From positions 1,216,001-1,280,000 of the forward strand of contig CAVRAL010000001.1 of the NCBI GenBank assembly GCA_963719085.1: a stretch of 64,000 bases of DNA, in the 5' to 3' direction. The notes beneath the pieces were generated by a model, which was given only the letters and a program-made list of their open reading frames with translations, had not been told where the DNA came from and made no database searches. This document shows positions 1 to 11,361 of this stretch, piece by piece. The number at the start of each line of letters is the position of its first letter. Position 1 is the first letter of the stretch. This DNA is from a candidate division FCPU426 bacterium (GTDB lineage: Bacteria; Oederibacteriota; Muellerivitia; Muellerivitales; Muellerivitaceae). The translations under genes and the position numbers were made by a program.

Positions 1-138
1 CAAAAAAGCCCAGGCGACCGCGGCCGCGATGTAAAACCAGACCGCGCTAAAAAAGAAACCGCCCCAGGCGGTGCAGGCCCCCAGCGCGGCGAAAAGGAGT
101 CCTTGCCGCCAAAAGGCCTGTCGGAATTCAAATCGCAT
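1..138 (-). CDS. Partial membrane protein running off the window edge
   Basis: ATG at 138 just after the PilZ gene stop; open frame MRFEFRQAFWRQGLLFAALGACTAWGGFFFSAVWFYIAAAVAWAFF, hydrophobic. Confidence 0.5.
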   Translation of the reverse strand, partial: MRFEFRQAFWRQGLLFAALGACTAWGGFFFSAVWFYIAAAVAWAFL

Positions 139-143
139 GAATT

Positions 144-512
144 TCAGCTGCCGCTTTTCGTAAGATAGGATTTCAACGACTCCACATCGTCCTCGCGCAT
201 GGCTAAAAAGTGGAGGCCGCCGCCGGTTTCGTTGGCCCAAACCACCTCGGCGAAGGCCGAGATCAGCACCGGATGGTTGGGGATCGAGATGTCGAGACGC
301 AATATGCTGCCCACCTTCAAAACCTGCTCCGCCACGATGTAAAGCCCGCCCAAACTCACGTCCATGGTGCTGGTGCTTTGTTCCCTTTTGCGGCGTTCAA
401 ACACCGAATCGAGTTCTTTTTGATCCTCAATCAAGCGGTACTTCACCGGAATCTTGATGGAAACCCGGGGAAAAATCCTTTTTTCGATGAACATATTGGC
501 ATCGGGGGACAT
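144..512 (-). CDS. PilZ-domain c-di-GMP-binding protein
   Basis: RxxxR (EKRIFPR) and DxSxGG (DVSLGG) motifs; AEVVW and GGLHF strands. Confidence 0.85.
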   Translation of the reverse strand: MSPDANMFIEKRIFPRVSIKIPVKYRLIEDQKELDSVFERRKREQSTSTMDVSLGGLYIVAEQVLKVGSILRLDISIPNHPVLISAFAEVVWANETGGGLHFLAMREDDVESLKSYLTKSGS

Positions 513-530
513 GACTCGCTCCTTCTTGGT

Positions 531-1535
531 TTATAGGTCAAAAGGTCGATAAGTGACGGACAAAAAGAAAAGAAAACCGAAATCCGGCCGGGGCACCACG
601 AACTCGGTCGGGAAGAAATCCAATTTCCCTTCCACCGTGAATTGGGGGTCCACCCTCACCGTCAATCCACCGCCCGAGTAAAAAAGCTGATCCGCGTAAT
701 GTCCTTGGTCATAAGAAAGCGGGATTTGATTCCAGAGCATAGTCCCGATTTTTCGCATCCGAAACTCGTAAAAAAGGGTCACCATGCGTTGGGCCCTCTC
801 AAAAGCTAAAAACTCAATACGACCCAATGCCTGAAACTCATCCGGCCACTGAAAGACCCCGGCACCCAAATAAGGGTCAGAGGAACCCAATTGCAAAGGC
901 AATGAACGTTGGTAGTGTACGCTTTCAAAAAGCGAAAATCTACCCAGTTGTTGGCGCAGGATAAGGCCCAAAGATCCTTCTGGAGTTCCTTTTCCCGTGG
1001 AGAGGATGGGAGTGAGTGTCGGTCCGAAAGGACTGGTTCCGGTGGCGAAGCGCCACCATCCATCCAAGCCGAAGTAATTGCCGCCGGACCTCTTCCCCGA
1101 CAAAAGATAGGTCGCGCCTACTTCCAAATCGCCCAGGGTTTGACTGCTTTGGGTCACGTTGGTTAAATCCTCGAACGCGTTCGCCTCGAAAGGAAGCGAA
1201 AGCCGAAGCTGAATGTCTTCGGTCGGCCAAGCGCTGACCTGAAAACCGTATTCAATGCCGCGAAGCGAATAAACCAGCGAAGCGCCGGGGGTTACGGCCG
1301 GATCGGATAACCTCAAAACACCGGTAAAAAAAAAGTCCGGAAGGCCCGAGCTGGCCAAATAAAAACTGGGCTCTTCATAGCGGTAAATGGAAAAGGAAAA
1401 ATCATCCTGGTTGAAATTCTCAAAGGGGATGGTATCCATCTGGGTCGCCTGAATGGGAGGCGCGGCGCCGGCCCCCAGAAGCCCGATCAGACTCAAGGCC
1501 GCCAAGCCGATCCTGAATCCCCGGGTCGGTCTCAC
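531..1535 (-). CDS. Putative outer-membrane beta-barrel protein
   Basis: Signal peptide, amphipathic strands, GDLEVG and ATG..PF segments, aromatic C-terminal strand (FLSVTYRPFDL). Confidence 0.5.
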   Translation of the reverse strand: MRPTRGFRIGLAALSLIGLLGAGAAPPIQATQMDTIPFENFNQDDFSFSIYRYEEPSFYLASSGLPDFFFTGVLRLSDPAVTPGASLVYSLRGIEYGFQVSAWPTEDIQLRLSLPFEANAFEDLTNVTQSSQTLGDLEVGATYLLSGKRSGGNYFGLDGWWRFATGTSPFGPTLTPILSTGKGTPEGSLGLILRQQLGRFSLFESVHYQRSLPLQLGSSDPYLGAGVFQWPDEFQALGRIEFLAFERAQRMVTLFYEFRMRKIGTMLWNQIPLSYDQGHYADQLFYSGGGLTVRVDPQFTVEGKLDFFPTEFVVPRPDFGFLFFLSVTYRPFDL

Positions 1536-1547
1536 GATGAATTCGAT

Positions 1548-2132
1548 TTAGAAATGGTAAGAAAGTGAAGCGCTGGCCATCGGTTGAAGCCCCAGCGAAA
1601 GGGACACGTAATGGCGCCGGTTGTAATCCACCGCCCCATCCAGGGCGTCCTCAATGCCAAAACCATAAGCCGCCAAAGTCAGAAGGCCAAAAAGCGAACC
1701 CTTTTGCTCATCCTTGGCGATCACATCGCCCGGGCTGTTGGGGTTGGGTATCAGTTGAAGACTTTCGATGGTCTGCCAAAGCGATACCCCAAAAACGGCG
1801 GCAAAGGCCACGCCCTTCAGGGGGTCGTCGTCATAAACTTGTCCGGCCCCCGGTATCAACAGGGAAAAAACCGCCGCCGTCGTGGGATCTTTACGGTGAA
1901 TTCCGGGTTCAGGCGTAGGGGTGGCGGTCGCGATTCCCACATAGGGGGCGACCACGGGAGTCGGAGTGGCGGTTAAAACATCATTGGAGTCGCTGGGGAC
2001 CATCACTTCCGGGGCCGCCACCGGAGTCGGGGTTTGGGTGCCGCTGGGATTCCAAAAGGAAGGGGCCGCGTGGAGCGCCGAAACACCGATAAAAAAAGCG
2101 AAAACACCCGGGACAAAAATTTTTTCTTTCAT
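1548..2132 (-). CDS. Exported/membrane protein with T/P linker and TM2/DUF5683-like motif
   Basis: Signal peptide, TPTP linker, KDPTTAAVFSLLIPGAGQVY motif, C-terminal SLSYHF. Confidence 0.65.
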   Translation of the reverse strand: MKEKIFVPGVFAFFIGVSALHAAPSFWNPSGTQTPTPVAAPEVMVPSDSNDVLTATPTPVVAPYVGIATATPTPEPGIHRKDPTTAAVFSLLIPGAGQVYDDDPLKGVAFAAVFGVSLWQTIESLQLIPNPNSPGDVIAKDEQKGSLFGLLTLAAYGFGIEDALDGAVDYNRRHYVSLSLGLQPMASASLSYHF

Positions 2133-2138
2133 GCGGCT

Positions 2139-2167
2139 AAGGTATCTCCCCGCTTCCAGCCTGTCAA
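2139..2167 (-). promoter_or_regulatory. sigma70-type promoter, likely leaderless
   Basis: TTGACA-17 nt-TACCTT ending 6 nt before ATG 2132; no SD sequence. Confidence 0.55.
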
Positions 2168-2215
2168 GTTAACAGGATAAAGGCGCTTGTCGCGCCAAGG
2201 CGCGGCGCCCCGCCC

Positions 2216-3799
2216 TTAAAACCGGATGAATTTCAGCTCTTGGATATCGGGAATCTGCCTTAATTCCTGCATGACCTTCTCAGGAACCTCGCTGTCCACG
2301 TTGACCATGGCGATGGCGTTCCCGCCCACCTTTTGCCGTCCCACGTAAAGTCCCGCGATGTTGACGTTGTTGCTCCCCAGCACGGTGCCGAGTTTCCCCA
2401 CGATGCCCGGCTTATCGTGATGGGCCATCCAGATCATGTTCCCTTCAGGCGAAAAGTCGGTGTTGTTCCCGTCCAGGCTCACGATGCGGGTCTCTCGTTT
2501 CCCAAAGACCGTCCCCGTGATGACATGGGTGTTTTTCTCGTTCTTCACCGTCACTTGAATCAAGGAGGAGTAATCCCGGGCCACATTGTTCACGGTTTCC
2601 GAGATGCCGTAGCCCTTTTCCTTGGCCATAAACAAAGCGTTCACGTAATTAACCGAGTGGCTCATGCCTTTTTGAAGAATTCCCTTCACCAAGCTCAATG
2701 TCAAGGGTTTGGGATCATACTTGGCGATCTCCCCCGTGTATTCCACGTGGATGTCCTTAATGTAGGACTCGGCCAATTGGGAGTGGAATGAGCCGATTTT
2801 CTCCACCAATTCCAGGTAGGGCCGGAGTTCTTCCAAAATTTTCGGGTCAATCGACGGCATATTGACCGCGTTGCGGACCCGTCCGCCCCGCAAGGCCTCC
2901 ACAATCTGCTCGGCCACCACCACCGCCACATTGACCTGGGCTTCCTGCGTCGCCGCGCCCAAGTGGGGCACGCAAACCACGTTGTCCAAGGTCAAAAGCG
3001 GGTTATCGAAAGGAGGTTCCTTTTCAAAAACGTCCAGGGCCGCTCCGGCGACCTTGCCGCTTTTCAGGCCGTCATACAAAGCCGTCTCGTCGATGATGCC
3101 GCCGCGCGCGCAGTTGACCAGCCGCACGCCGTTTTTCATGGCCGCGATCTGCTTGGCGCCCAACAAACCCTTGGTCTCGTTGGTGAGAGGCGTGTGGACC
3201 GTGATAAAGTCCGAACGCTTAATGACATCTTCCAAGGTCACGATCTCAAACTCATGCCCCTTGGCCGTGGCGGGATCAATGAAGGGATCATAGGCAATGA
3301 CGCGCATGCCCAGCCCGATGGCCTTGCGGGCCACGTTGCTGCCGATACGGCCCAATCCCACTACCCCCAAAATTTTGTCGTTCAATTCGCAGCCGATAAA
3401 CTTACTGCGTTCCCACTTTTTCTCTTTCAGCGATTGCTGGGCTTGGGGAATTTGGCGGGCCATCGCCATCAGCATCGCCACGGTGTGCTCGGAGGTGGAG
3501 ATGGTGTTTCCATCGGGCGTATTCATCACAATAATGCCCTTTTTGGTGGCCGAGGGAAGATCCACATTGTCGACGCCGACACCCGCGCGCCCGATGACCT
3601 TCATTTTGGTGGCCGCTTCAATGAGTTCCGCCGTGGCCGTGGTGCCGCTGCGGATCACCCAAGCGTCGTATTCGGGCAGGATGGCTTTGAGCTCGGCGGG
3701 AGTCTTGTTGAACTTTTCGTCCGCCTGGATATCTTTTTCCTTCTTAAAAACATCCATCCCCAAATCGGACAACTTGTCGGTGATTAAAATCTTGAACAT
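2216..3799 (-). CDS. serA: D-3-phosphoglycerate dehydrogenase, long form with ASB and ACT domains
   Basis: GRAGVGVDNVD, GLGRIG, NCARGGIIDE, PHLGA motifs; C-terminal ACT (DKPGIVG...NVNIA). Confidence 0.97.
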   Translation of the reverse strand: MFKILITDKLSDLGMDVFKKEKDIQADEKFNKTPAELKAILPEYDAWVIRSGTTATAELIEAATKMKVIGRAGVGVDNVDLPSATKKGIIVMNTPDGNTISTSEHTVAMLMAMARQIPQAQQSLKEKKWERSKFIGCELNDKILGVVGLGRIGSNVARKAIGLGMRVIAYDPFIDPATAKGHEFEIVTLEDVIKRSDFITVHTPLTNETKGLLGAKQIAAMKNGVRLVNCARGGIIDETALYDGLKSGKVAGAALDVFEKEPPFDNPLLTLDNVVCVPHLGAATQEAQVNVAVVVAEQIVEALRGGRVRNAVNMPSIDPKILEELRPYLELVEKIGSFHSQLAESYIKDIHVEYTGEIAKYDPKPLTLSLVKGILQKGMSHSVNYVNALFMAKEKGYGISETVNNVARDYSSLIQVTVKNEKNTHVITGTVFGKRETRIVSLDGNNTDFSPEGNMIWMAHHDKPGIVGKLGTVLGSNNVNIAGLYVGRQKVGGNAIAMVNVDSEVPEKVMQELRQIPDIQELKFIRF

Positions 3800-3834
3800 T
3801 TTTCCCCCATTTAATTAATAAGCCAAAAAGAGTT

Positions 3835-3928
3835 TTTCACCACCAAGGCGCCAAGACACCAAGGAAGACAAAGCCTCAAGACAAATTGGTTTCAGACTTC
3901 TTGGTGCCTTGGTGTCTTGGTGGTGAAA
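3835..3928. repeat. Palindromic REP-like element, three 8-bp units per arm
   Basis: Left TTTCAC-CACCAAGG-CGCCAAGA-CACCAAGG; right arm reverse complement TTTCAC-CACCAAGA-CACCAAGG-CACCAAGA. Confidence 0.85.
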
Positions 3929-3943
3929 GGCGCCGATAGATGC

Positions 3944-5098
3944 CTATAGATTCTCGGCCAGGATAATTTCCTCAACAGCCTTCACGCCGGCTCCCAAGGG
4001 AACCTTGTGTCCCAGCTTGGTCAAGACCATCTCGCAAACCGCCATGCCCAGAATAATGTCCGAGCCATCCACGTAGCCCAAGTGGCCGATGCGGAATACT
4101 TTTCCCTTCACCTTGCCCTGGCCCCCGGCGATGCTCATGCCGTAAACGTCCCGGAAAGTTTTGTTGACGGCCCCGCTGTCGATTCCTTCGGGCGCCAAAA
4201 CCGCCGTCAAAGCCGGCGACGGCGCCGTGGGCGCGAAAAGTTTCAAGCCGATCGCCTGAACGCCTGTCCGCATAGCCTTGGCCAAAGCCTCATGCCTTTG
4301 CCAGACCTTTTCCATGCCTTCCGCTTGGATGAGCTCCAAAGCTTTTCGCAACTGGATGATCAATGAGATCGCCGGGGTCCATGGCGTGTCCGGCATGGTT
4401 CCTTCGGTGAGTTTTTTCAAGGCTTTGTCGTAGCTGAAATAGTAGCGGGGATTTTTGGCGGCCTTGGATTTCTCCACGCCCGCGGGTGATAAGGCCACAA
4501 AAGACAATCCCGGCGGAATCATGAAGCCCTTTTGAGCGCCCGACAAAACCAGGTCCACGCCCCAGGCGTCCATTTCCAACGGCGCCGCGCCTAAGCCTGA
4601 AATAGCGTCCACCACGATCACCGCCCCGGCCTCATGGGCCACTTGGGTCAGTGTTTTAATGTCGTTCACCACTCCTGTGGAAGTCTCATTTAAAGTCGTG
4701 AAAACCAGCTTCACGTCCGGATTGGCCTTCAAGCGTTTGCGCACTTCCTCCGGGTCAACCGCCTTACCCCACTCGCTCTCATATAGGTCAGCCTGTACTT
4801 GGTACACCTGGCAGATTTCTTTCCAACGGTTCCCGAAATGCCCCGAAGAGGCCACCAAAACCTTCTCGCCGGGCGAAGTCATGTTAGCCACCGCCGATTC
4901 CATCGCGCCGGTTCCGACCGAAGCGAAGGTCATGACAGGCTGTTTCGTCCTAAAAAAGGCCTGCAAACCGTCATTCGCGTCCTTAAAGATGGCCTGAAAC
5001 TGCGGCGTGCGGTGATGGATAATTGGAAGGCCGCCCTCGGCTAAAACTTCAGCCGGAATAGGGGTGGGCCCCGGGGCCATTAAGTACTTTTTTCGCAT
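3944..5098 (-). CDS. Class V PLP aminotransferase (serine-pyruvate/alanine-glyoxylate family), probably acting as phosphoserine aminotransferase
   Basis: PGPTP, GTGAME, NETSTGV, VDAIS, SGAQKG (PLP lysine), FRIGHLG; directly upstream of serA. Confidence 0.9.
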   Translation of the reverse strand: MRKKYLMAPGPTPIPAEVLAEGGLPIIHHRTPQFQAIFKDANDGLQAFFRTKQPVMTFASVGTGAMESAVANMTSPGEKVLVASSGHFGNRWKEICQVYQVQADLYESEWGKAVDPEEVRKRLKANPDVKLVFTTLNETSTGVVNDIKTLTQVAHEAGAVIVVDAISGLGAAPLEMDAWGVDLVLSGAQKGFMIPPGLSFVALSPAGVEKSKAAKNPRYYFSYDKALKKLTEGTMPDTPWTPAISLIIQLRKALELIQAEGMEKVWQRHEALAKAMRTGVQAIGLKLFAPTAPSPALTAVLAPEGIDSGAVNKTFRDVYGMSIAGGQGKVKGKVFRIGHLGYVDGSDIILGMAVCEMVLTKLGHKVPLGAGVKAVEEIILAENL

Positions 5099-5155
5099 GA
5101 AAAACCCTCTTTTGAAATGGACTGTGGGATTGGAAAGGCGTTGAAAAGCCGGATC

Positions 5156-5235
5156 TTGTGATTTTTTTCACAAAGTGGAAAGTAGTATAAGTTTCACGAA
5201 GAAGCTGTCAAGAGACTTTGTGAAAAGTTTCACAA
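5156..5235 (-). promoter_or_regulatory. sigma70 promoter flanked by two Rex/CRP-type operators
   Basis: TTGTGATTTTTTTCACAA (5156-5173) and TTGTGAAAAGTTTCACAA (5218-5235); minus-strand TTGACA (5211-5206)-16 nt-TATACT (5189-5184). Confidence 0.75.
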
Positions 5236-5260
5236 GGAATTTACAAAGGACGCCTAGGGC

Positions 5261-6100
5261 TTAAGCCCTCAAAAACTCGAGGGTAAAATCGGCCGTTGGC
5301 CCTGGTTTTTCAAAGGGAACCAAGTGCCCCGCCCCGGCCACCACCTTAAAAACCGCGGAAGGATCGGCCTTTTGAAAAGCGGCCTCACTTTCGGCCGTAA
5401 AGGTGTTGGACTCCGCGCCCCGAATGACCAAACACGGCACCTTCAATCGCGCCGCCGCCTTCCAAACGTTCGTGGGAATGGTTTGGTAAATCTTCGCTTC
5501 CCATTCGGGAGGATAAACCAATCTTACTCCCCCTTGGAGATCCGGCGCGGTCATGCTTTTGGCGTAATCCTCGACAACTTCCGGGTCCCAAGTCCGAAAC
5601 AAAGGTTTGGACTTAAAACTTTCAAGCGCCGCCTCCAGACTGTCCCAATGGCGCCGGCGCCGAAGAGCTCCCGCCACCAAATCGGGGCGAAATTCCAAAC
5701 CTAATTTTTTCATCCACCAAACTTTTATTAAAAGAGGCGGCGGAAGCATGGTCGGGTCGATTAAAACAATCCGGCTGAACCGCTCCGGCTCTTTCAAGGC
5801 GGCGTTTAGGGTGAGAACAGCGCCCAAGCTATGGCCCACGCCGATTATTTTTCCCCCCGGGGCGCGAAGGTCCAGGGATCCAAGCGCCGAAAGAAGATCA
5901 TCGGTCAACAAAGACCAGTCCCGGAGGGCTTTCGCTGGAGGGCATCCCGGCCACAAAGGCCGCGCGGGAAAAGCCAGGCCCTGATAAAAATTAAGAAAAG
6001 GTTTAAAAAAAGATCGGTAGGTAAGCGGGGGAAAACCATTGGCGTGGGCTAAATGAATGAGGGGTTTATCCGAGGGCGCGTTAAATTGAAAAAAATCCAT
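5261..6100 (-). CDS. Alpha/beta hydrolase
   Basis: HANG oxyanion motif, GHSLG nucleophile elbow, GAGHLVP catalytic His. Confidence 0.9.
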   Translation of the reverse strand: MDFFQFNAPSDKPLIHLAHANGFPPLTYRSFFKPFLNFYQGLAFPARPLWPGCPPAKALRDWSLLTDDLLSALGSLDLRAPGGKIIGVGHSLGAVLTLNAALKEPERFSRIVLIDPTMLPPPLLIKVWWMKKLGLEFRPDLVAGALRRRRHWDSLEAALESFKSKPLFRTWDPEVVEDYAKSMTAPDLQGGVRLVYPPEWEAKIYQTIPTNVWKAAARLKVPCLVIRGAESNTFTAESEAAFQKADPSAVFKVVAGAGHLVPFEKPGPTADFTLEFLRA

Positions 6101-6120
6101 GGGAGCCGTTACTCAGGCCG

Positions 6121-7383
<1,263 letters not shown>

Positions 7384-7391
7384 AAACGCCC

Positions 7392-7994
7392 TTACTTGTC
7401 CTTTTTAACTTCCGGCCGCTTCATGATCACTTCGTCCACCAAGCCATAGGTCTTTGACTCTTCCGCGGACATGAAATAGTCCCGCTCGACGTCCTTCTCG
7501 ATTTTATCAAGCGATTGGCCCGTGTGGTGGGAAAGAATTTCGTTCAATTGCTTCTTGGTTTTCATGATTTCCTGGGCTTGAATCTGGATATCAGTGGCTT
7601 GGCCCTGGGCCCCGCCGGACGGCTGGTGGATCATCACCCGCGCGTTGGGCAGGCAAAAACGCTTGCCTTTGGCGCCCGCGGCCAAAAGCACCGCGCCCAT
7701 GCTGGCCGCTTGGCCCATGCAGATGGTGGAAACCGGGGCCTTCAAAAACTGGATGGTGTCATAAATCGCCAGCCCCGCCGAGACCACGCCGCCCGGGCTA
7801 TTGACGTAAAGGCTGATGTCCTTATCCGGGTCTTCCGAGTCCAAAAAGAGAAGCTGGGCGATGATGATGTTCGCCACGTCATCATTGATGGGCGTGCCCA
7901 AAACAATAATACGGTCCTTCAACAACCTCGAGTAAATGTCATAGGCCCGCTCGCCGCGGTTCGTCTGTTCCACCACCATTGGAATCAGCCCCAT
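7392..7994 (-). CDS. clpP: Clp protease proteolytic subunit
   Basis: [27 protein letters not shown]. Confidence 0.99.
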   Translation of the reverse strand: MGLIPMVVEQTNRGERAYDIYSRLLKDRIIVLGTPINDDVANIIIAQLLFLDSEDPDKDISLYVNSPGGVVSAGLAIYDTIQFLKAPVSTICMGQAASMGAVLLAAGAKGKRFCLPNARVMIHQPSGGAQGQATDIQIQAQEIMKTKKQLNEILSHHTGQSLDKIEKDVERDYFMSAEESKTYGLVDEVIMKRPEVKKDK

Positions 7995-8074
7995 AAAAAG
8001 CCTCCCTCGTCGTTTGTTAAGTCCCGTACAAGCTAAGAAGAAACCGTTCTAAAATTCAAGCCGTGTCCTAAAAA

Positions 8075-9361
8075 TCAGGCTTTTTCAACTTTGGCTTCGG
8101 ACACCAAAAAATCCAGGGTCTTCTCATAGCGGATCCAATCTTGGATCGATTCCTGGTTCCCCTGCTGCTGGATATAGCGCTTCACCGTGTCTGGCGGCTG
8201 GTTCACGTTTTTGGCGACCTTCTCCACATAAGCGTCGAAATCCACGGGTTCGGTATGGATATGTTCCTTATCCGATATCTTCTCCACGATTAAAGCCATC
8301 TGCACGTTGCGGGCCGCGACAGGCCGGAGCTTTTCCACGAATTCTTTCTTTTGCTCCTCGCTCAAATTGTTCACGTCGATGCCTTGGGACTGCATGCGCT
8401 CGGCGCCCTGCTGCACCAGGCGTTGCTGCTCCATATCAATCAAAGAATCCGGGATGTCAAAAACATGGTCCTTGATCAATTGGTCCGCGATCTGGTCCGT
8501 CGACTTCATGCGTTGCTCGGCCCCGCGGTGCGCCTTGATATCTTGCTCGATCTTTTGGCGAAGTTCCGCTACCGTTTCGACGCCGCCCACTTCCTTGGCG
8601 AAGTCATTGTCCACCATAGGAAGCTTCTTTTCTTTTACCTCATGTACCATCACGGTGAACTCGGAGTTTTTTCCGGCCACTTCTTTGCCGAAGTAATCAT
8701 CCGGAAACTTCATGGGGAAAGTTTTACTCTCGCCCTTTTTCATGCCCATTAAGGCCGCCTCAAATTCCTTCATCATGTTGCCGCCGCCCAAAACCACCGG
8801 GTAACGGGTGGCCTTACCGCCCTTAAAAGGCTTGCCGTCGATTTTGCCGTCAAAATCCACCACTACCATGTCGTCTTTTTGCGCCGCCCGGCCCTCTTCC
8901 GCCGGGACAAACTGGGCTCCGCGCTCGCGCAAATCGTTCAAGGTCTTATCCACGTCCGCTTCCCCAATCGGCGTCTCGTCTTTTTTAATCTTGATACCTT
9001 TATAATTTTTCAGCTCAAAAAAGGGCTTTACTTCCACCCGGGCGATAAATTTCAGGGGCGCGCCTTCCTCAAAATTAAGCTCCGTGATCCGGGGTTGGGC
9101 CACCGGATTGAGCTTTTGGTCCTTGATGGCCTCGCGGAAAAACTCCGGCAGTTCGTATTGGAGGACTTGGTCCCGGACGTTGGATTTGTATTCTTTTTTA
9201 ATCACGTCCATCGGCACTTTTCCCTTTCGGAAACCCGGCAGCTTGGCCTCCTGGGAAATACGGCTATAAATGGCGTCCACCCGGGTTTGGACCCGGTCTG
9301 CCGGCACTTCCACCTGCACGTCTTTGGTACAACCTGTCACTGAATTCACGCTGACTTTCAC
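8075..9361 (-). CDS. tig: Trigger factor
   Basis: PGFRKGKVP ribosome-binding motif, FKBP domain; tig-clpP-clpX order. Confidence 0.97.
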   Translation of the reverse strand: MKVSVNSVTGCTKDVQVEVPADRVQTRVDAIYSRISQEAKLPGFRKGKVPMDVIKKEYKSNVRDQVLQYELPEFFREAIKDQKLNPVAQPRITELNFEEGAPLKFIARVEVKPFFELKNYKGIKIKKDETPIGEADVDKTLNDLRERGAQFVPAEEGRAAQKDDMVVVDFDGKIDGKPFKGGKATRYPVVLGGGNMMKEFEAALMGMKKGESKTFPMKFPDDYFGKEVAGKNSEFTVMVHEVKEKKLPMVDNDFAKEVGGVETVAELRQKIEQDIKAHRGAEQRMKSTDQIADQLIKDHVFDIPDSLIDMEQQRLVQQGAERMQSQGIDVNNLSEEQKKEFVEKLRPVAARNVQMALIVEKISDKEHIHTEPVDFDAYVEKVAKNVNQPPDTVKRYIQQQGNQESIQDWIRYEKTLDFLVSEAKVEKA

Positions 9362-9432
9362 AAGAGCTCCTTAAAAAGTTGGGTTGAATTGAAGCGTTTC
9401 CCATTTCCCAATTGAAAACAGGATATTTCATA

Positions 9433-9517
9433 TGGTGCGAGAGGGGGGAGTCGAACCCCCATGGGTTTCCCCGCCAGATCCTAAGTCTGGTGCGTCTGCC
9501 AGTTTCGCCACCCTCGC
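9433..9517 (-). tRNA. tRNA-Leu(TAG)
   Basis: GCGAGGG acceptor stem start, anticodon arm CCAGA-CTTAGGA-TCTGG, long variable arm, GGTTCGACTCC T arm, encoded CCA; upstream of tig. Confidence 0.95.
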
Positions 9518-9669
9518 TCGCCCCGGGCAAAAGGGCCCTTATCTTAATGAGGCCTTCCCTCAACGTCAATTTACAGCCCGTTTATTTTCCCATGAAATCC
9601 CAGGTTTTGGCTCGTCTATCCTGGGGAAAATCCTTGGATTCCTTCCCCGCTACCAGGTAAAGTCTGATC

Positions 9670-11250
9670 ATGAGCCAACCCCTCCCTCAGGAGACCGACC
9701 TTCTCATTATCGGCGGCGGCATCAACGGCGCGGGCCTGGCGGCCCTTGCCTCCCACTCCGGCCTTTCCGTCGTCCTTTTGGAAAAAGGCGACTTCGCTTC
9801 CGGGACTTCCAGCAAGTCCACCAAACTGGTTCATGGCGGCATCCGTTATCTGGAACAAGCCAATTTCTCGTTGGTTTTCGAGGCCCTTCATGAGCGAAGC
9901 CATTTGTTGAACCTAGCGCCGCACCTGGTCCATCCGCTGGCCTTTCTTTTGCCCGTCTATAAAGGAGATCAAAGACCGCCTTGGATGCTCAAGATCGGCC
10001 TGTGGCTTTACGACCTTCTGGCCGGCGCGCACAACATCGCCCGGCACCAATGGTTTCCCCCCCAAGCCGCCCTGGCCATGGCGCCCACCCTCCGCTCCGA
10101 GGGACTGTTAGGCTGCGGCCTTTACTACGACGCTCAAGTCAACGACGCGCGGTTGGTGCTTGAAAACATCCTGGCCGCCGAGGAAGCCGGCGCCGTCTGC
10201 CTGAATGACCATCAAGTGCTTTCGGCGCGGGAAACAAACTTAGGCTCGACCGAAATCCGTTTTCAAGACCTGGCCACCGGAAAAGAAAGCGCGCTCTTGG
10301 CCCGGTGCGTGGTCAACGCCTCCGGACCCTGGGCCAACCAAACCGACAAGTTTTTTCACGCCGGGGCCAAACCCCTGGTCCGGCCCACCCGGGGCACCCA
10401 TTTGGTCGTGAAAGAAGTATTGGGTGAAAAGGCCCTGCTCATCACCACCCGGCGAGACAAAAGGGTCATCTTCGTCATTCCTTGGCGGGGCTTTAGTTTG
10501 GTCGGCACCACGGATATCGATGATCCGCGCGACCCGGATCAAACCAAACCCGACAACGCCGAGATCGATTATTTGCTTACGGAGGCGGCCCGGCTTTTCC
10601 CGGGTCAAACTTGGGACCGTTCCAAAGTTTTAGCGGTCTTCACGGGACTGAGGCCATTGGCTTGGGCCGAAGCCGATCACGCCTCTTCCGTGTCCCGGGA
10701 AGACAAGATTTTGCGCGCGCAAAACAAGATTACCATCGTCGGCGGAAAACTGACCACTTATCGGGCCATGGCCGAAAAAGGCTTAAAGGCCGCGATCTCG
10801 ATTTTGGGCAAGCGTATTCAACAAAAAAACTTTAGCCTGCCCGGCGCGCCCGCGTCCTCGTGGAAAGTTTTTTTAGAAACGGAGGTTTCCCAGTGGCCGG
10901 ACCGATACGGTATCAGCGCGGCCCAAGCCGATCACCTGGCTCGCCTTTACGGTCAAAAAGGCGAGGCGGTCCTGGAACTCACCCGAAAAGATTCCCGGCT
11001 TTTGGAAAAATTACACCCCGAACGCCCCGAGATACTGGCGCAAGCGGCTTACGCGGTTGATCATGAAAAAGCGCTTCATCTTTCGGATGTCCTGCTTCGC
11101 CGGCTGGAGATCGGCTATACGCCCTATCATTGGGGCGAGGCCAGTGAAAAAGTAAGCGCTTTTATGGCGAAAAAACTGGGATGGGACTCTAAAACCTTGT
11201 CGCACGAATTAACCGTCTATAAAAATCTTTTGCTTCCCGCCGTTCAATAA
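9670..11250 (+). CDS. glpD: FAD-dependent glycerol-3-phosphate dehydrogenase
   Basis: GGGING, SGTSSKSTKLVHGGIRYLE, GLRPL, GGKLTTYR. Confidence 0.93.
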   Translation: MSQPLPQETDLLIIGGGINGAGLAALASHSGLSVVLLEKGDFASGTSSKSTKLVHGGIRYLEQANFSLVFEALHERSHLLNLAPHLVHPLAFLLPVYKGDQRPPWMLKIGLWLYDLLAGAHNIARHQWFPPQAALAMAPTLRSEGLLGCGLYYDAQVNDARLVLENILAAEEAGAVCLNDHQVLSARETNLGSTEIRFQDLATGKESALLARCVVNASGPWANQTDKFFHAGAKPLVRPTRGTHLVVKEVLGEKALLITTRRDKRVIFVIPWRGFSLVGTTDIDDPRDPDQTKPDNAEIDYLLTEAARLFPGQTWDRSKVLAVFTGLRPLAWAEADHASSVSREDKILRAQNKITIVGGKLTTYRAMAEKGLKAAISILGKRIQQKNFSLPGAPASSWKVFLETEVSQWPDRYGISAAQADHLARLYGQKGEAVLELTRKDSRLLEKLHPERPEILAQAAYAVDHEKALHLSDVLLRRLEIGYTPYHWGEASEKVSAFMAKKLGWDSKTLSHELTVYKNLLLPAVQ

Positions 11251-11361
11251 TTCCGGACACCCGAAACCTTTTTTCAAAACAAAACAGGCCTTGTTATTTA
11301 ATGGCGTTTTAACTACCCTTCTAAATGAGACAGCAAAAGACAGCCAAACCGGAGGATTTCC

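Noticed and set aside
9433..9517. tRNA-Leu as island integration site
   Set aside because: No duplicated tRNA 3' end and no integrase; normal tRNA-tig context
9264..9893. ORFs overlapping the tRNA and tig/glpD starts
   Set aside because: Explained by the tRNA and neighbouring genes
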